Shown: positions 35,201 through 49,172 of the stretch, piece after piece
How the letters are laid out: each line of letters starts with the position of its first letter
Position numbering within the stretch: position 1 is the stretch's first letter
Source of the DNA: Spongospora subterranea f. sp. subterranea
Taxonomy: Eukaryota
Assembly (NCBI GenBank): GCA_049724395.1
Contig: JAUGWO010000142.1
Coordinates: 62,001-126,000, forward strand
Direction of reading: 5' to 3'
DNA: 64,000 nt
Translations under genes and position numbers: made by a program
Notes under the pieces: model-generated
The model's input: the letters and a program-made list of their open reading frames with translations, nothing else
The model's database searches: none
Told to the model about the DNA's origin: nothing

Positions 35201-37573
35201 CGGGTTCGGAATGAATCGAAAATTGACGGAACGCAATAACAATCATTGCTGAAAAATCATCTATCAATATGATACTGACAACACCGATCCTCGCAGAAAG
35301 TTTGTGTTTGTGCTGAGTCGCTAAGGCGCTCAATAAAAACGCTTGTTGAGCTTCAGTCCATTGCCAAAAAGCCGCATCAAAAAGCAATCGCGCAGATTTG
35401 TTATGGCCCGAATGCAAGAATCTGACGATTCGATCGAAGAAAGAATTACTCCAAATAATTTTGGTGGTCTCAATGCTAAGCGAAACGGTTAGGTCAAAAG
35501 GGCCGGAAGAGCGCCCTGTTCGTGTTTCGGTTGAAAGTTCAAGCACGTTAGGGACCCCTTCCGAAGAAGGATACATCGATAGAACGGTCCGCGAGGTTGA
35601 GTCGAAACTTGTGTGATCCGAAACACGGAACTGTTTGAGCAACAGCAAGAAAATCGATCTGTGCGGATGCTGAACCAGTTTGATAACCGAGTTTGCGTCA
35701 ACTGAGGCGATTATCTGCTCGTTACCGCTGCTCGAGGCGTCGCTGTCGTACAATATGCAAGTTAAATTCGTATCAATGGCAACGTGTAAGACCTGAAACA
35801 TTAGTTAAGGTCTTGATAAAGAAGTGCTTCAAGCAAGCTATGTAGCTGACCTCAAAGTCAGGTGGAGCTGCTGCCATATCAAGTTTGCAGATGATATCCG
35901 CTTCTCTACGAATGGCTTGTTTTTGCTCTTCGCTTAAATCATGGGAAGCCGCAGCGGTACTGGTGTTTGTCGAACTTGAGAACATCCATGAAAAGTATCC
36001 AGGGGCGTTCTGGGTTTGTACTTTCTCTTTAATTACTTGTTCGACCATAGCATTTTGATGCACAATGGATCGTAGAAGAACGATTAGCGACACAGGAAGC
36101 CGATCCTCTAGATTGGCCAGAAGTACGTCATCCTGTTCAGGCGAGATGATAGACTTCGAAATTTCTGGGATCGTTTGGTCAAGCAAATTTTCAGGGATTT
36201 GCACAGCACTTGCGAGGCTTTTAACCTTAGAATGTGTGGGCTTTGACTGCAAAACGGCCGGCTTCTTTTGTTCCTGGGCAGCAGACCGTTGCAACTTTCG
36301 TGAAAAAATTTCCATATACAACCGACGATCTCGTCCAATACTACTAAGTGTTACCCACCTCCAATATGCAGAAGAAATTTCGCCATATCCAGATTCACTC
36401 CTTGACCTTATAAGTTCCAAAGTGGAGAGAGCAGCATAGGTCCACCATTTTTGAGGCGATTGGGAAACTGAGGTGGACGGTCGACGAGATTGTAATTTGA
36501 GCAGTATCTCAGCAGCCTTGATCCGTTTTTGCCCCGAAACCTGGTAGTTGACAATAGATTTTGCGTCCTTAAATTGGTTTGTGTGCAAATGGACTTTGAG
36601 ATTAGGAACTACACAGTCAATAAGACAGCGCCCGGTTTTGAAATTTTGTAGGTCGCTGTTGATTTGTACAAAACAAGAAGCACTGAACGGCGTGATAACA
36701 AAACATTCCTTCTTGATGTGGTTGAATTCGTCAAACTGCTCTTCAGTTGCAATTGCGGCTCGCATACGAGATATCAACGACGATTCAACAGACCTTTCGG
36801 CATCATCGGCCCCGTCAGTCTCATATCCGTCGTCCGTATCATTTCCCTTTGTTAACGCCCACAGAGGATTCGAAGTGGGATTGATGCCACAATCCCAGTA
36901 GAATGCAAAATTTTTTACATCAATTTTGCGACGGCTCACTGCAGCAGAATCACTTATAAAGGCATCTTCGCCGGCAGCATTTACTGCTCGCAATCTGATC
37001 ATCTGGGCGGATAATCCGAAAGCGAAGTCATACCCTGGTTGCGTTGCAGAAGCGTCTTCACATCGAATATGTAGATTGGCGATCTCTATGCGAAGATTGG
37101 CGAGAATAACGGTCACGGGAACAAAAGATCGAATAAACCCTCCACTATAACTACCTTGCTTTTGGCTCATCATACCGGTTAGTTCGATAAGCACAGCGTT
37201 CATCGCGGATTCAATTTCATGTTGCTTTTTCGACCTTGCTTTGCTTTTAGATTGTTGAAGCATATCTGTACTGGAGGAACTTGACTTCGAGGCCATAAGA
37301 ACTAGGAACACGTCCTCGATTCGGATCAAGACAGGCTTTGAGCCGAAATTTGTGATTCCTGGTAAGGCAACCCGCATTTGGCTGATCGTCCCATGTTGAA
37401 GTTCAAAGGCTGGAGCTAAGCCGAGGACTTCTGCAGCTTCATCTCTGAGTCTGAGGTTCGACAAAAGGAGTTCGCCACTTGTGAGTCCGCTAGAGAGACG
37501 GAGCCTCATCGACTCCATGAACGAATTGTCCAAATCGTTCTACAAGAACTCTGCGGACAAGGCCTTCAAGCAT
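26300..37573 (-). CDS. VPS13: VPS13-family bridge-like lipid transfer protein with inserted DysF domain; multi-exon, three +1 frame breaks
   Basis: Chorein-N start MLEGLVRRVLVERFGQFVHGVDEA/RLSSGLTSGELLLSNLRLR...NLRIEIANLHIRCED; WWTYA; VWEPLVEKF; VAB-type repeats (LRNYTG, PLDVLNCLPYPIEI, PRYIVLN, PRYVIRN); IGISLI; C-terminal GVTNGLVALVREPI...GIGKGL...RVRLPRAF. Confidence 0.92.
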
Positions 37574-40369
37574 ACGATCGTCGTTAACAGGTGGTCTAAA
37601 TTTGCAGTTATATCATGGTGTTTTGTATCAATCTGCAGGACCCGCTTCGTTTTAGGCTGTTCGCTGCCTAGTGCCTAACCACCTAAAGTGGATTTGATAC
37701 TTTGAGAGAAGGAACTCTCACCGACCCGACTACGACAGTGGTGGCATGTACACTTATCATACACGAAAGTGCACATCGGCGATTACAGTTGAGTTCTTGT
37801 CATTGTGTCACTAGAGTGTACTGATCAAGCCTGTTTCAGTGTCCGTTGCAAACAGGGGCTTGGCGCCAAACGATGCCAGCTGATGTCGTGATTTTGTTGC
37901 TTTCTACGACTCCATATTTTCTGTATGTATTTGTAGTCGTTTCATTTGCGACTCAGTTGAATACAAAGCTGGCTAACTCCACTATAAAAAAGTCAAACTT
38001 GCGGAGGCTTTACCAAATAACAACTTCGCGGCGATTTTTTTTTGAAAGTTCTCGGTAGACTGTCAATAAGCGTCAACCCATGAGGTTTGCCGGTTTGCCT
38101 TTGCCGTAGCCGTGTTTGTTGTTGGCGATGGCGGGTCAGCGTTCAGATTCGACGTACCAATCCTGGGAAACGATTCAAACAGCAGTCAATGCATACGGTG
38201 GAGCCACGTTTAGCGGTTTGTTTCAAGAAACAACTATAAAGTCTCGACCGTCAACAAGACGACGAGAATATTGCTGCTTGGTCGCAACGAGTACCGACGT
38301 ATTGAGTATGCTTGCGCGCTTGGTCAGATGCGACGTTGTTCGCGGTGACGGGGGAAAGCAAAGTCATCTTGCCATCGGTTCTCGACACCGGATACCCCGT
38401 TAAAATCACTGAGGTCAGTGGTTCCTTCATCAACTAACGCTTGAGTTGTAAAAGTTTCGGTAGTTTTGTCAGTTAATGAGCCTTCAACATTACAATGAAG
38501 ATCCCGATTCTTCTGCTTGGACGTCGGTGCAGGTTGTATACTTGACAAAGATGTCGAAGGACTTGATGTTTTTCAGGAATCATTTCTTGATGCATCAACT
38601 ACCTTGTCAGTTCCATGTGGCCCAATGGCTGCAGACAGCGATTACCAATACCGATTGTTCAACCCCCAAGAATATGAGGCAGGGATAATTTGTTCAAACG
38701 GTTCTACTTTGGTAATCGCTGTCTTCAACCATATTCTCACATTGAACAGGCACAGAAGTATAGCTGCATAAAGAAACATTTCCCTAAAAAATTAACCCAG
38801 TTATCTTGTAAATCGTTAGAGTTCATGGGGGCATAAGTGAATCCAGCGAATTCGCCCCATTACAGGCTTACTTTCTTGAATGTGCTTAGGGTAGAGCCAT
38901 TGAAGTAAAAGAAATTAGATTTCTTTCGAGTTCGTTGATGTCTGCTTGTCAAGATGGCCACGACTATGGGTTCTATCGTTGGATTTTTACTACAGTTTTA
39001 CTGGCAAAAATACTGGAGCACGTGCAGGGAAATGTGGTCATCCTACATGTCAATCTTATGTGTAAACGAGGGGCGGATTGGTTTCCAGTTTCGGTCCGTC
39101 GACAAGAAGACCATTTGGGAGTAATCGGGCGTCACAGATTCGGTGGCATCTCTCGTTTGATGCGTTAGCCTCAGCTGGTTATCACGAGTCTCATCAGGAT
39201 CATCGCTGGAACGGAATACGATCGCTCAAGGTCACTCAAACGCTGGACAACACGCCTCGTCCATGAGAGACGCCGACTAGGAAATGGGAGCGATTCAGAG
39301 CGAAGATAATCAATCTCCTCAAAAAATGGGGGATCAAGCCGTTCGATTCGTCCAGATTCAGTTGGGTTGATACATATGGAGCACGTTCGGCACGAATCCG
39401 ATTACGGGATGTGGCGGGTAGAACACTGACCACATTCGATCGAGAAGTCGAATGGAGTTTAGCTGATTCGTCGGAGGAGAATGGACAAGGTGGCGCTTGA
39501 GGCGGAGGATGGGTTCGGGATGTGAATCAGGAAGAGGATCAAGTCAGAGAGATAGGGGAACGATTTTTGAAATTCGTGGACGACGGTCTCACGACCAACC
39601 AGGTTGATAAGAGCCATGATGCAATAACTGAAGGGAAAGAGAAACCGGAGATCGGCGTTTTACCACGATTCCTCTTGGCGGTCGAGGTCGCTAAAGGTCA
39701 AGGCCTGGACGGCTGTGTTAATGAAGGAAGCCATAGATTTGACACTAGATAAATGGACAGCTATAGACGCTGCTCCTCTGTGAGAATTGGCAAAACACGC
39801 TATCATTCTGACACTCAACAACGCATTCCGATAACAATTCATTTTTCATTGTCACGTTCGGCGATATCGCCAACCTTCATTTCTCAAGTGGTTTTAGAGT
39901 TTCTGTTGCAGAACGTGCAACAGACTGAGCAATGGAGCAATACATTGCAGCATTTGGCACTCTACATAATCACGATAAAGGAGACCAATAGCGGATTATT
40001 AGGCGTGATCAATCCAGCTGATTTTTCGAGCGGCATATCCTCAATGGAATTTGGACCGATGAAATACAGAAAATAAACATCACCGGGGGAGACACCAAAA
40101 CACTATTTGAAATTATTGAGTTTCAAAGGTCGATTTTTCATTGTTTAGAACAAATCGCAAACACTACCATCAATGCGTAATCTGAATAGGGCGTCGAAGG
40201 GTGAGCTATCCTGTTATTCTCTGACAAATGATTGGATGATGTTATAGTTGCGTTGCTGAAATCGATTAAAAACCATGATCAAGTAAACTAAGTGATTCAC
40301 CAATTGCTAAAGTTGAAATACAACAGTCGCTCCATCTCTGGTAAAGCATTGCCCCTTCATCATGTCAAA

Positions 40370-41443
40370 CTAATTCTTTAATGATAGCGATTTCAACAAT
40401 TCATACACGGTGAAGGTAATAGCGGAACCAGGGACCGCAACCAACAATCTGGGTCCGATTCCTCGTGTCAATCCTGATAGACCCTGAGTGGCTACCTGCT
40501 GACGGATGGTTGACCAGATGGATTGCGGCTTCGTATCTAGCCCTGACGTCTGCACCAACGTCCGAACCACATCCAGCGGGTTCGAGACGCAAACTGACGC
40601 CGCTCCAGCAATAGCCCCGGATAGGAACTGTTCATAATGGGGGTCGAGCCCCAACACATGAGCCCGTTTATGAAGGCTGCTCTTAGCCCATTCATACGTC
40701 CCAAACCAGACAGCGGATGAAGGGGAATTCGTTACAACTGGCAGATATCACGTGTCAGAAGCCGGGAGTGGACAGGGAAACAGTCTGGCGTTACTGCTGG
40801 TTCTGACGCCACGCCATAGCCCCTGGATCCCGTTGGACCTGACCACCTCCTTCATCATCTCAATGTCGCTCATCCTTGGCTTGTCTAGTGGGTAAACCAT
40901 CAGTCGTCGACATATCACGTCTCCTGGCGTGTGGAATCCGGTTGATACCATCTCGGATATGACTCCCGACGTCATACAAATCTGGGTATGATTCAGATCA
41001 GGGAAATTGTCCATCTGAAATTGTTTGCTCGCTTCATATGTGCCAAAATAAACCTGATAAGTTCAAAAATCAGAATTGCCGCTGAGCCAAAGGGATCCAT
41101 AGTTGACCAGATGCCCCGGCAAGTTAGTTGTCATAGAGGCTCGCAATCCAGAGAATAGCCCCCTTAGACCCCTTGCTCGAACAACTTGTTGCATGGTTTC
41201 TAGCGCTGATAGTGGGGCGCCACTAGATACTCGATGAAACTGTTGGCGTGTTTTGATCATATCGAATGGATGTAGGCATGTATCGAACACGATAACAAAT
41301 AGAATATTCAGGCTGAAATAGGTGGGAATGCTCAAGTCCTCCCAGTGGATGTCGTCTTCATGATCGTCATGATACGGTAATAGCGGTGCCGGCGATGATG
41401 AATTGGTGACGATAGGCCCTTTTCCAGGAGCAATTGACATCAA
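40370..41443 (-). CDS. Mitochondrial carrier (SLC25 family, SLC25A44-like), two introns
   Basis: Three carrier signatures: HPFDMIKTRQQ, TPGDVICRRLM and NPLDVVRTLVQ. N-terminal DIHWEDL as in the SLC25A44 type. Confidence 0.88.
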
Positions 41444-42892
41444 TGAACTCCCGTTTCAAAAGTACATCTAGGCGATCGTGAACTAGACACGTGCTAACTA
41501 AAAGTCAAGCACAGGTTGTTCCAGAATCACTTTGACTCCTCAACTGTCGGCCGTTGTTGCTCGGATATCATAAGGTGACTTTATATCCGGTAATGGCCGA
41601 AACTGAATTCCTACCAGAAGCTAAATAATTTCCAATACCGAGTTGCTCGATTTACAATCTTGGTCATGACGTGAGTCAATGATGTTAAGATTTCATCATG
41701 AATTCACACAAAATCTTACCATGAACGTTGTCTTTTCTTGATAATAATGGAATAACAATGCGGTTGCCGAAACCATCTCTGTTCGGAAAACAGGAGACTT
41801 GTCGCTCTTTAATTTTAATACCTCCTTCCCAAAACCAACTAAAACTCACCCTAAGCATGAAAGACCAGACTGTAGTTTGTAGACAAGGCGTCGAATGGCC
41901 AATTGGGCACAGAACATAGCCCAGCACGTTGATTGTTGAAATGAATCAACGTATGCGTTTGACTCTGAGGATTATAGGTATAACTTATCGCCCACCAGAC
42001 CTCATGATAACAAAATCACCCACATTTTCAGTAAGCCGGCCTGCTTTAATGCAACTTCGCGCACGCTGGAGAGAGTTGGTGGGACGGGGCTCGGCTTGTC
42101 TTTGTCGTGGAACCGGAGCCGACGGCGCTGGGATGTTAGGATAGTTGATAATTCGACGCTTGACCACCGATGCAGATTCATCTTCCATGGAATGGGCAAT
42201 CCGGCATCTTACACGCCGCGATTTACGTGGAATATCTGCTGACGCCTTCTGCAACTACCTAGTCCACCGTGTGTCGAGTTGAAAAGTCTTCGATTGCGGC
42301 GCGACATCTTGTAGCCGCTATCAGAGCCACTGTAAACTGGCGTCGACAACATTATTCGCAAGTAAATACCAATCAATTGCGTTTGATATGAAAAATTAAT
42401 TGAGTATGATACTATTATAATAACGAAGAACTCTCCCAAGTTGGCTGTCAATTCCTGGTTGGCATTAGAAGAACCAAAGGGAATCCTGCAAAAAACTCTC
42501 GACTATTTTACACAGTAAATTTGACCTGGGAATCCGGAAACTACTACAATTACCATGATGCATTGACATTTTTGCAGTATTCCACATACGAATTCTAAGC
42601 TGCGCGAAATCTAGGTTTGGGATCCCGTCCCGACGGTCCAAAAATTTTTCTCATTAACTGTATACAGTGACATTCATCTGCAATGCACAGAGTCTTATCG
42701 TGCTTTGCGTTTGCAAGGTACGTACTCCCGGTTGAACTTTTTTCAGTTCTATAAACGCTTCTGTATTGCGTCCACAATGCGCCTTTTTGCACTTGATGAT
42801 CCTTGTCTCAATGGGCTGAATATGGTTAAACGATAAATGCCACGTGTGATTTATTTGACATGCCACACACAGCACAGGTTGGACCTCGGGAA

Positions 42893-44391
42893 TTATTTAT
42901 AATCGCTTGTGTCCCAGACTTTATCAAGACCCCTAAACGTAATGTCGAATCAGCCAATAGCAACAATAACGTACGACGTCCTTACTTGTTCAAAAAGTCT
43001 ACGAGCGTAAACACAAGAGCAACGTCACCGCAAACTCTGCCTAATCTGGGGACAGTCCCCTGATGCAACAGAGTTTAGAGAGATCCACAATGTGGTATGA
43101 TGTTTCGCGAGTACCTTGTAGAAACCAGATATACCTTCTTCCTTAGCTATCGCCTTACAGCATTCCCATGAGTTTTTGTACAAGGCCGAATCTAATCCCT
43201 AAGAAATGGTAAGCGCAAAAGCCTAACGCGTCTACGCGGAAATGCGACACCTGCATTCGGGACCTAAGAAGTAAACGTCAATTGATAAAGAATTTTACAA
43301 AAAAAAAACAAACATACTTGACAACATCGATTGGTGTATTGCCGAAAACGCTAGCAGCCTATAAAAGACAAAGAGTTAATCGCAACAGACACAGCACCAG
43401 ATATCATGACGCATACACCGGCAGTTGCTCCGCACAATGCCGTCATCACTGGCCTAAACGGCTGTTAAAATTGGGGGTTTTAAGATACAGATTCAACATA
43501 TACCCGATATCCGCTTTTGGATCGCCTTTTTGTGCCAATGATTTCAATTCTCCGAACACGAAAAACCTAATCATTTGATTGCTCCCTTGCTTCAGAACCG
43601 TAGGAAGAAGTCCCTTGTAACAGCCAGCTACGCCTTCCTGAAAAATATTTTATATATGCGATCAACGAGATATTTTACGACAAACCTGCTGCATTATTTG
43701 AACGATACCTGCAATACCAGGTTTATATTTTGGGACATCCCGAGCGAGATCGTGAACCAGTTTGACCTAGTACGATACTCACGGCTATCAATTTTTAAAA
43801 CGCATAGTGCACGAACCTTGATGGTCTCCATAGGCGTTACAATGACAATCGCTTCTGCAACTCCTGCAGCCATACCGGCAAGCAGTGTGTTGGTACGAGA
43901 AAGCTCACCTTTACTGTCCATCAAGTTATTTCGCACTACATCGAAAACACCAAACCGAACAGCGCTTTTTGGTACTGATCCATAGAGTAATGATGACATT
44001 CCTAAATTTCTGTTAATCAAACGTGTTACTGCCGCATGTTTGACTAACGAACCTCTGTAGACACCGCGAACTCCATACAAATTAACCGTTTGTTTGATCA
44101 CATCGAGAGACCCCTTATAGCGTCGATTGGCTCCAGTTTTACTGTCCAACTGTAGCTGGGTTTTGCAGTATTCTGTCGGATACATGCATATGATCTGTTT
44201 ATCAATCAATTATCCATAAACAATCCAGGAAGCTCCCAGTATCTTACTTCTATTCCACCAGCGAGACCGCCAGAAACCAGTGACTTGATCGGATGGCGCT
44301 TGTCTTTACTAGCGGAACCATGCCCCCCATTGGATTGCCAATCCCCTGATAATTGTCTCGCCCTTTGTTGCTCGGCAGTCAACCGTTTTTC
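42893..44391 (-). CDS. CTP1: Mitochondrial tricarboxylate/citrate carrier (5' exon upstream of 44391 unresolved)
   Basis: SLVSGGLAGGIE|...YPTEYCKTQLQLD; GSVPKSAVRF; VTPMETIKVK; LKQGSNQMIRF; GNTPIDVVK; FYKGTVPRLGRVC; ends LDKVWDTSDYK*. SLC25A1/CTP1 signature. Confidence 0.88.
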
Positions 44392-45294
44392 CTGTACAAC
44401 TATACGGTAATGGTTTATGACTGAAAACCGCCCTCCCCGTACCCTCTCAGTCTCACTACTCTATTAAGGTCTACAGGTTAGAGTCAGGTTAGGTATACAC
44501 CGCCGCACTGACACAGAGAGGACTGGCAGGATGGCGGTCACGCCCCACACTGAACCAGCACCATCGCTGGTTACACGTGATGGCATTGATTGCGCAAGGA
44601 CGTACCACAGTAATAATTCTCTCGATTCATTGATAGTCCGCGCACAGGGATTTGACACAATATAATACGTAATTGACTCAGATATCGTCAACTTTCATCG
44701 TCCTATTTCTGAAGACATCCTCCGCGTGACGTCGCGTATCGTACAACTTCTTCCTTTTACTTCACGACAAGCACTACCTTTATGTGAATCGTATTCAACC
44801 GTTTCAAGGTTTCGGTTGGCAATTTGGCATTGCCGTAATTAGCGTGTCCGCCAGGTAATTTTATTGCGGCCGGTCGCATTTTTAGTGACCCTAATTTGGG
44901 ACGTTGCCAATGGCGAACCTTCGCTTTTAGGAAACGGATTTTAACGATTATGAGGTGACCAAAATGTACCCTGTTTTTCAGAAATTTGACGCATGTGTTA
45001 TTAATTTGTGCCTTTTGGGCGGCTAGTATTTTCACAGAATAGAAATCTGGGTCAAAGGATCTGGGTGTCTCAAATCAAAATGACTCGCAAAGTGGGTATC
45101 CGCGATATTTTACAAGCCTTCAAATACTGCTTTTCAAAATGATGTAAAAAGACTCATCACTAGACCTGATAGACATGCCCATAAAAATAGAATGACGCGT
45201 TGGATAGTAAAATTGCCCATCAATATCAGAGCACTTTTCAAGGGTCAATCAATCACAAACACTTCCTTATTAATAGAATAAATTAAGTTTTTGT

Positions 45295-45919
45295 TTACGA
45301 CTGAACTGGTGCCTTCCGCTTTCGCGGATTGCTAGCAGCATTTTGTACAGCCATTTTCCGGAGTTGAGACATTCGGCTTCGCTGAGAGTCTAATTGCAAT
45401 GGAGTGGAATATGCTGTATATCCTGGAACACGGATGTTCCAACTGTGATCTGAGTGATGATAAATCTAATCAGTAAAGAATGTAGAGGAGAGGGTCGCAT
45501 AAGACTACCTAAATATAGCTGAACATCTTTGGCATCTAATGTGGAGGATTTTCTGTGTCTAGCAATGGCGCATGCAAATGTGGCAACATTATCGACGAAT
45601 TCGTCGGCAATTTGGAGAAGTACCTGAAAAATGTTAAAACCCCAAAAATTTAAAAATGTGATCTGTACATTTTCAACGTCAACGTCAAGTTTCTCATTTG
45701 GGGCAATATTGTTAACCAATTCGTGAAGCTTCTGCAGCGAGAGAATTTCTTGCTTAGACGAGGGCTGGAGAGCGCACGATTAAACCACCGAATTTCAGAT
45801 GACGGGACCTGACAAGAACAATCAACCGTCGACCTAACCTGTAAATTCGACCTGCGATGCTGATCGATGATAGACTGGGCTTGCATGTCCATGGGTTTCG
45901 GCAGGGGCCCGCTCGACAT
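45295..45919 (-). CDS. TAF12: TFIID/SAGA subunit TAF12 (histone fold), spliced
   Basis: KLHELVNNIAPNEKLDVDVEN|VLLQIADEFVDNVATFACAIARHRKSSTLDAKDVQLYL|DHSWNIRVPGY. Confidence 0.93.
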
Positions 45920-46059
45920 AATTTATTGATTGTCTGGAGTCTATGTAATCCCGACCTGTATTAATGCTGTATACAGCATCTACGGGGTTCACAACCCACT
46001 TTTTGAATTTTTTTGGAAAAAAAACCATCATAAATTGTAAATGCGCCCAGATGAGAGAT

Positions 46060-46199
46060 CAGCGACTTCGTGTTATTTTTTTGGTTTGAGAATTGTTTGA
46101 TCAAAATGTTTTTTAAGATTCCCGAAGATCAGAACAGCGACTTCGTGTTATTTTTTTGGTTTGAGAATTGTTTGATCAAGATGTTTTTTAAGATTCCCG
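46060..46199. repeat. Direct duplication of a 65-bp AT-rich segment (period 75 bp)
   Basis: cagcgacttcgtgttattttttt...aagattcccg at 46060-46124 and 46135-46199, with one mismatch. Confidence 0.93.
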
Positions 46200-46957
46200 C
46201 GAGGATTCAGAACTTGTCTGGACGACGACAGGTTAGAAATTTTCCGATATTTTTCAAGAGCATTTCCATCAGCATCAAGATCAAACCTGAGATAATCGCA
46301 ATAAAATGTGATAGCACAGCAACAACGTCTCTTCGGCGGTCTTGATAAAGATGTGCCTGCTGTAGGAATGTTTTCCTCGACCATGAAATTCTCGGAATGC
46401 GAACTATATACACTTGATGAACGAGTAACAAGCGGGGCTGAGCTGTCGAGAGTCGAGACAGCATCATTGTCGAGTTTACGTCAGTGTTGCTAGGGCACAA
46501 AAGCGAACCAGAACTCATAAAATTTACTTCATGGGCAGCACTGGACGCTGTATTCATCGCCTCAGGGGATACCAATAAATATGGCCATGACGCATTCAGC
46601 ATACATCGCAGGAAAACCGCCATGCCTCACAGGTGGAAAGTGCCTTCAAAGTGCCCGGAAAAACGGTGATTCAGACAATCTAGTGGGGGTCATGAGAATG
46701 GGACTTCTGAATAAGAGAAGCTGCTTTGTGCACTTAACAGGGGCTGGCCGCCTTCAACCATTCAATATTGGGAAAGCACATTCTTTCGCCAGTTGATTTT
46801 CAAAAATGTCCAACGACCCAAAATGAGCTCGAATTTGCTAAACCGCAAAACCCCGTTCCTATAGCTTCACAATTCTAGAGTTGGTTTTAGACCAGGGTGC
46901 TTGCCGGAACCTATATATTAGGGAAATTGCCTACAGTTTTAATGTTTTGATATTGTG

Positions 46958-49172
46958 TCAGTATTCTCGCTGTAACTTCTTTCCTTGAATAACCAGCCGA
47001 ATTTCCTCCAGAGAAAGCGTTTCGTATTCCAATAATGCTTTGGCAATACTCTCTAACTCGGACCGATGCGCTGATAACAATGTTCTTGCTCGAGTTTTGC
47101 TAAGCTGCAACTACCTATGAGTTCGAGGTGAACGGATAGCACCAGAAAGCTTACATCCAGAAGGTCTCGGATTTCGACGTCAATCAGCCTCCTGGTTTCC
47201 GGGCTGATATCTTTCATGCTACGTTCATCATGATCAACCGGACCGACCTTCTCACTCATTCCCCACTTGGTCACCATATTAGTGGCAATAGATGTGGCTG
47301 ATGACAAATCAGATGAAGCACCCTGAGATTGAGAATCAACATAAATACAGAGAAATAGGGCAACACATTAGACTACCGTTGTAATATTGTCGCCGCCAAA
47401 TATCAACTCTTCGGCAACTCGTCCGCCCATGCAAACATCGAGTTGAGCGAGCAGCTGTTTTCTCGACACAGAATACTGATCTGCTTCGGGCATTAGATGT
47501 ACCATTCCAAGCGCTTGACCTCTGGGCATAATGGTTGCTTTATGAATGGGATGAGCACCTTCAGTTAGTAGCGCAACCAAAGCGTGTCCTCCCTGACAAC
47601 AGGAATTATTAGGTGAAAAAGTATATTATAATCACAAACCTCGTGATAAGCAGTTAGTTTTCGATCAGATTCAGCCATAACTGCCGATTTCCTTTCCGCT
47701 CCCATAAGAATCTTATCCTTGGCCCATTCAAAATCGGACATACGGACGACCTGCATGACGATTATTTACAGCTCATATTCATATGGGAATCATCTTACAT
47801 TATTCTTCGATTGTGAAGCACGGATTGCAGCCATATTCACCATCTAACAAATCTGATCAGAATGCTGACTAACAAAAGTACGATATAATACATTAAACAA
47901 CTGGGCGCCGCTAGATCCTGGTGTGCCACGAGCTAACACAAGGGTGTTGACATCGGGGGCGCATTTGACTTTGGCAACATAGAGATCAAGAATCTCCTTT
48001 CGACCATGAAGGTCGGGTAAGGGCACAACAACTTGCCGGTCAAACCTTCCTGGCCTGACAAGGGCCTTGTCTAATAATTCAGGAAAGTTGGTAGCCCCAA
48101 TGACTATGATGCCATCATTCGGGTTGAATCTGAAAGAAAATTAGAAAAACTTTGAATTGGCCATAACGTCCATACCCATCAAGTTCAACAAGAAGCTGAT
48201 TTAACGTCATCCTCATTGCCTGGTGATCTTTCATCGATCGCGTTCCGCCGATCGCATCGACCTTCGATAACAGTTAGATAGGCCAATGATGCATTTAAGA
48301 AATCGATTCACCTCATCGATGAAAACAATACAAGGAGATGATTTTTTGGCGGCCGCAAAGAGCTCTCTGACACGCCTGGCACCGACACCAACGTACATTT
48401 CTTCGAATTCTGATCCACTGCAATAAAAAAATGGTACTCCAGCCTCCCCAGCGACTGCTCTAGCCAATAAAGTTTTCCCAGTTCCTGGAGCACCCATCAA
48501 CAAAATGCCTTTGGGAAGTTTACCGCCAAGACGAGTAAATTTGCTGGGGTCTTTCAAGAAATTCACAATTTCCTTGAGTTCTTCTTTGGCTTCAATGGCT
48601 CCTTTGATATCGGCGAAACTCTTGTCAGTAACGACGGCAGGCTGAACCTCGGAAAACATCTGGCTACGGCCAGCAAGTCCTCCAGCAGAATCCATAATAG
48701 CCCCGATCCCTGTTATAAAAAGGAAGGAGCCACCCAAAAACCGAAGCGTCTTCCAAAATTGAGATTGCGCCCCTTCGGATGCAACGACAACTTGAAGCGG
48801 AGACGAAGCTGAATTCTTTGACAGCGCTTTAGACAGCGCAGCCATTTCGTTGGGAAAATTTGATGAAGCTGAAGAAGACCTTGACGCACGGTTTACCAGA
48901 TTGCTAATTTGCTCCGGTGACATTGATTCCAGTCTCCCTATCTGGCTAAGAGCCTTCAAGTAGACAGCAGCAATCTCTGGTGTTTCAGCGTATTTTCCCG
49001 ACTCGAACCTCTGTATAACGGCAGCTGGGTAATCTTTCCCGATTGCGGTAAGGAATTCAGCCTGTGCTTTGGCGTTGCGAGGATTATTGTTGGCTGCGTT
49101 CTCCAGCATCCTCAACGATTGATTTACGGCATCGGACATCCATCGCCTATTGATCCTGACGGTGGCCCACAT
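46958..49172 (-). CDS. YME1: Mitochondrial i-AAA protease YME1/FtsH4, multi-exon
   Basis: [61 protein letters not shown] (HExxH); [20 protein letters not shown]. Confidence 0.95.

Noticed and set aside
41640..42310. Small minus-strand gene (MSRRNRRLF.../MEDESASVVKRR...)
   Set aside because: It has splice-like signals, but I could not build a consistent model or recognise a family.
46207..46740. Transposase or RING-type pseudogene
   Set aside because: Only vague fragments are present and no convincing motif.
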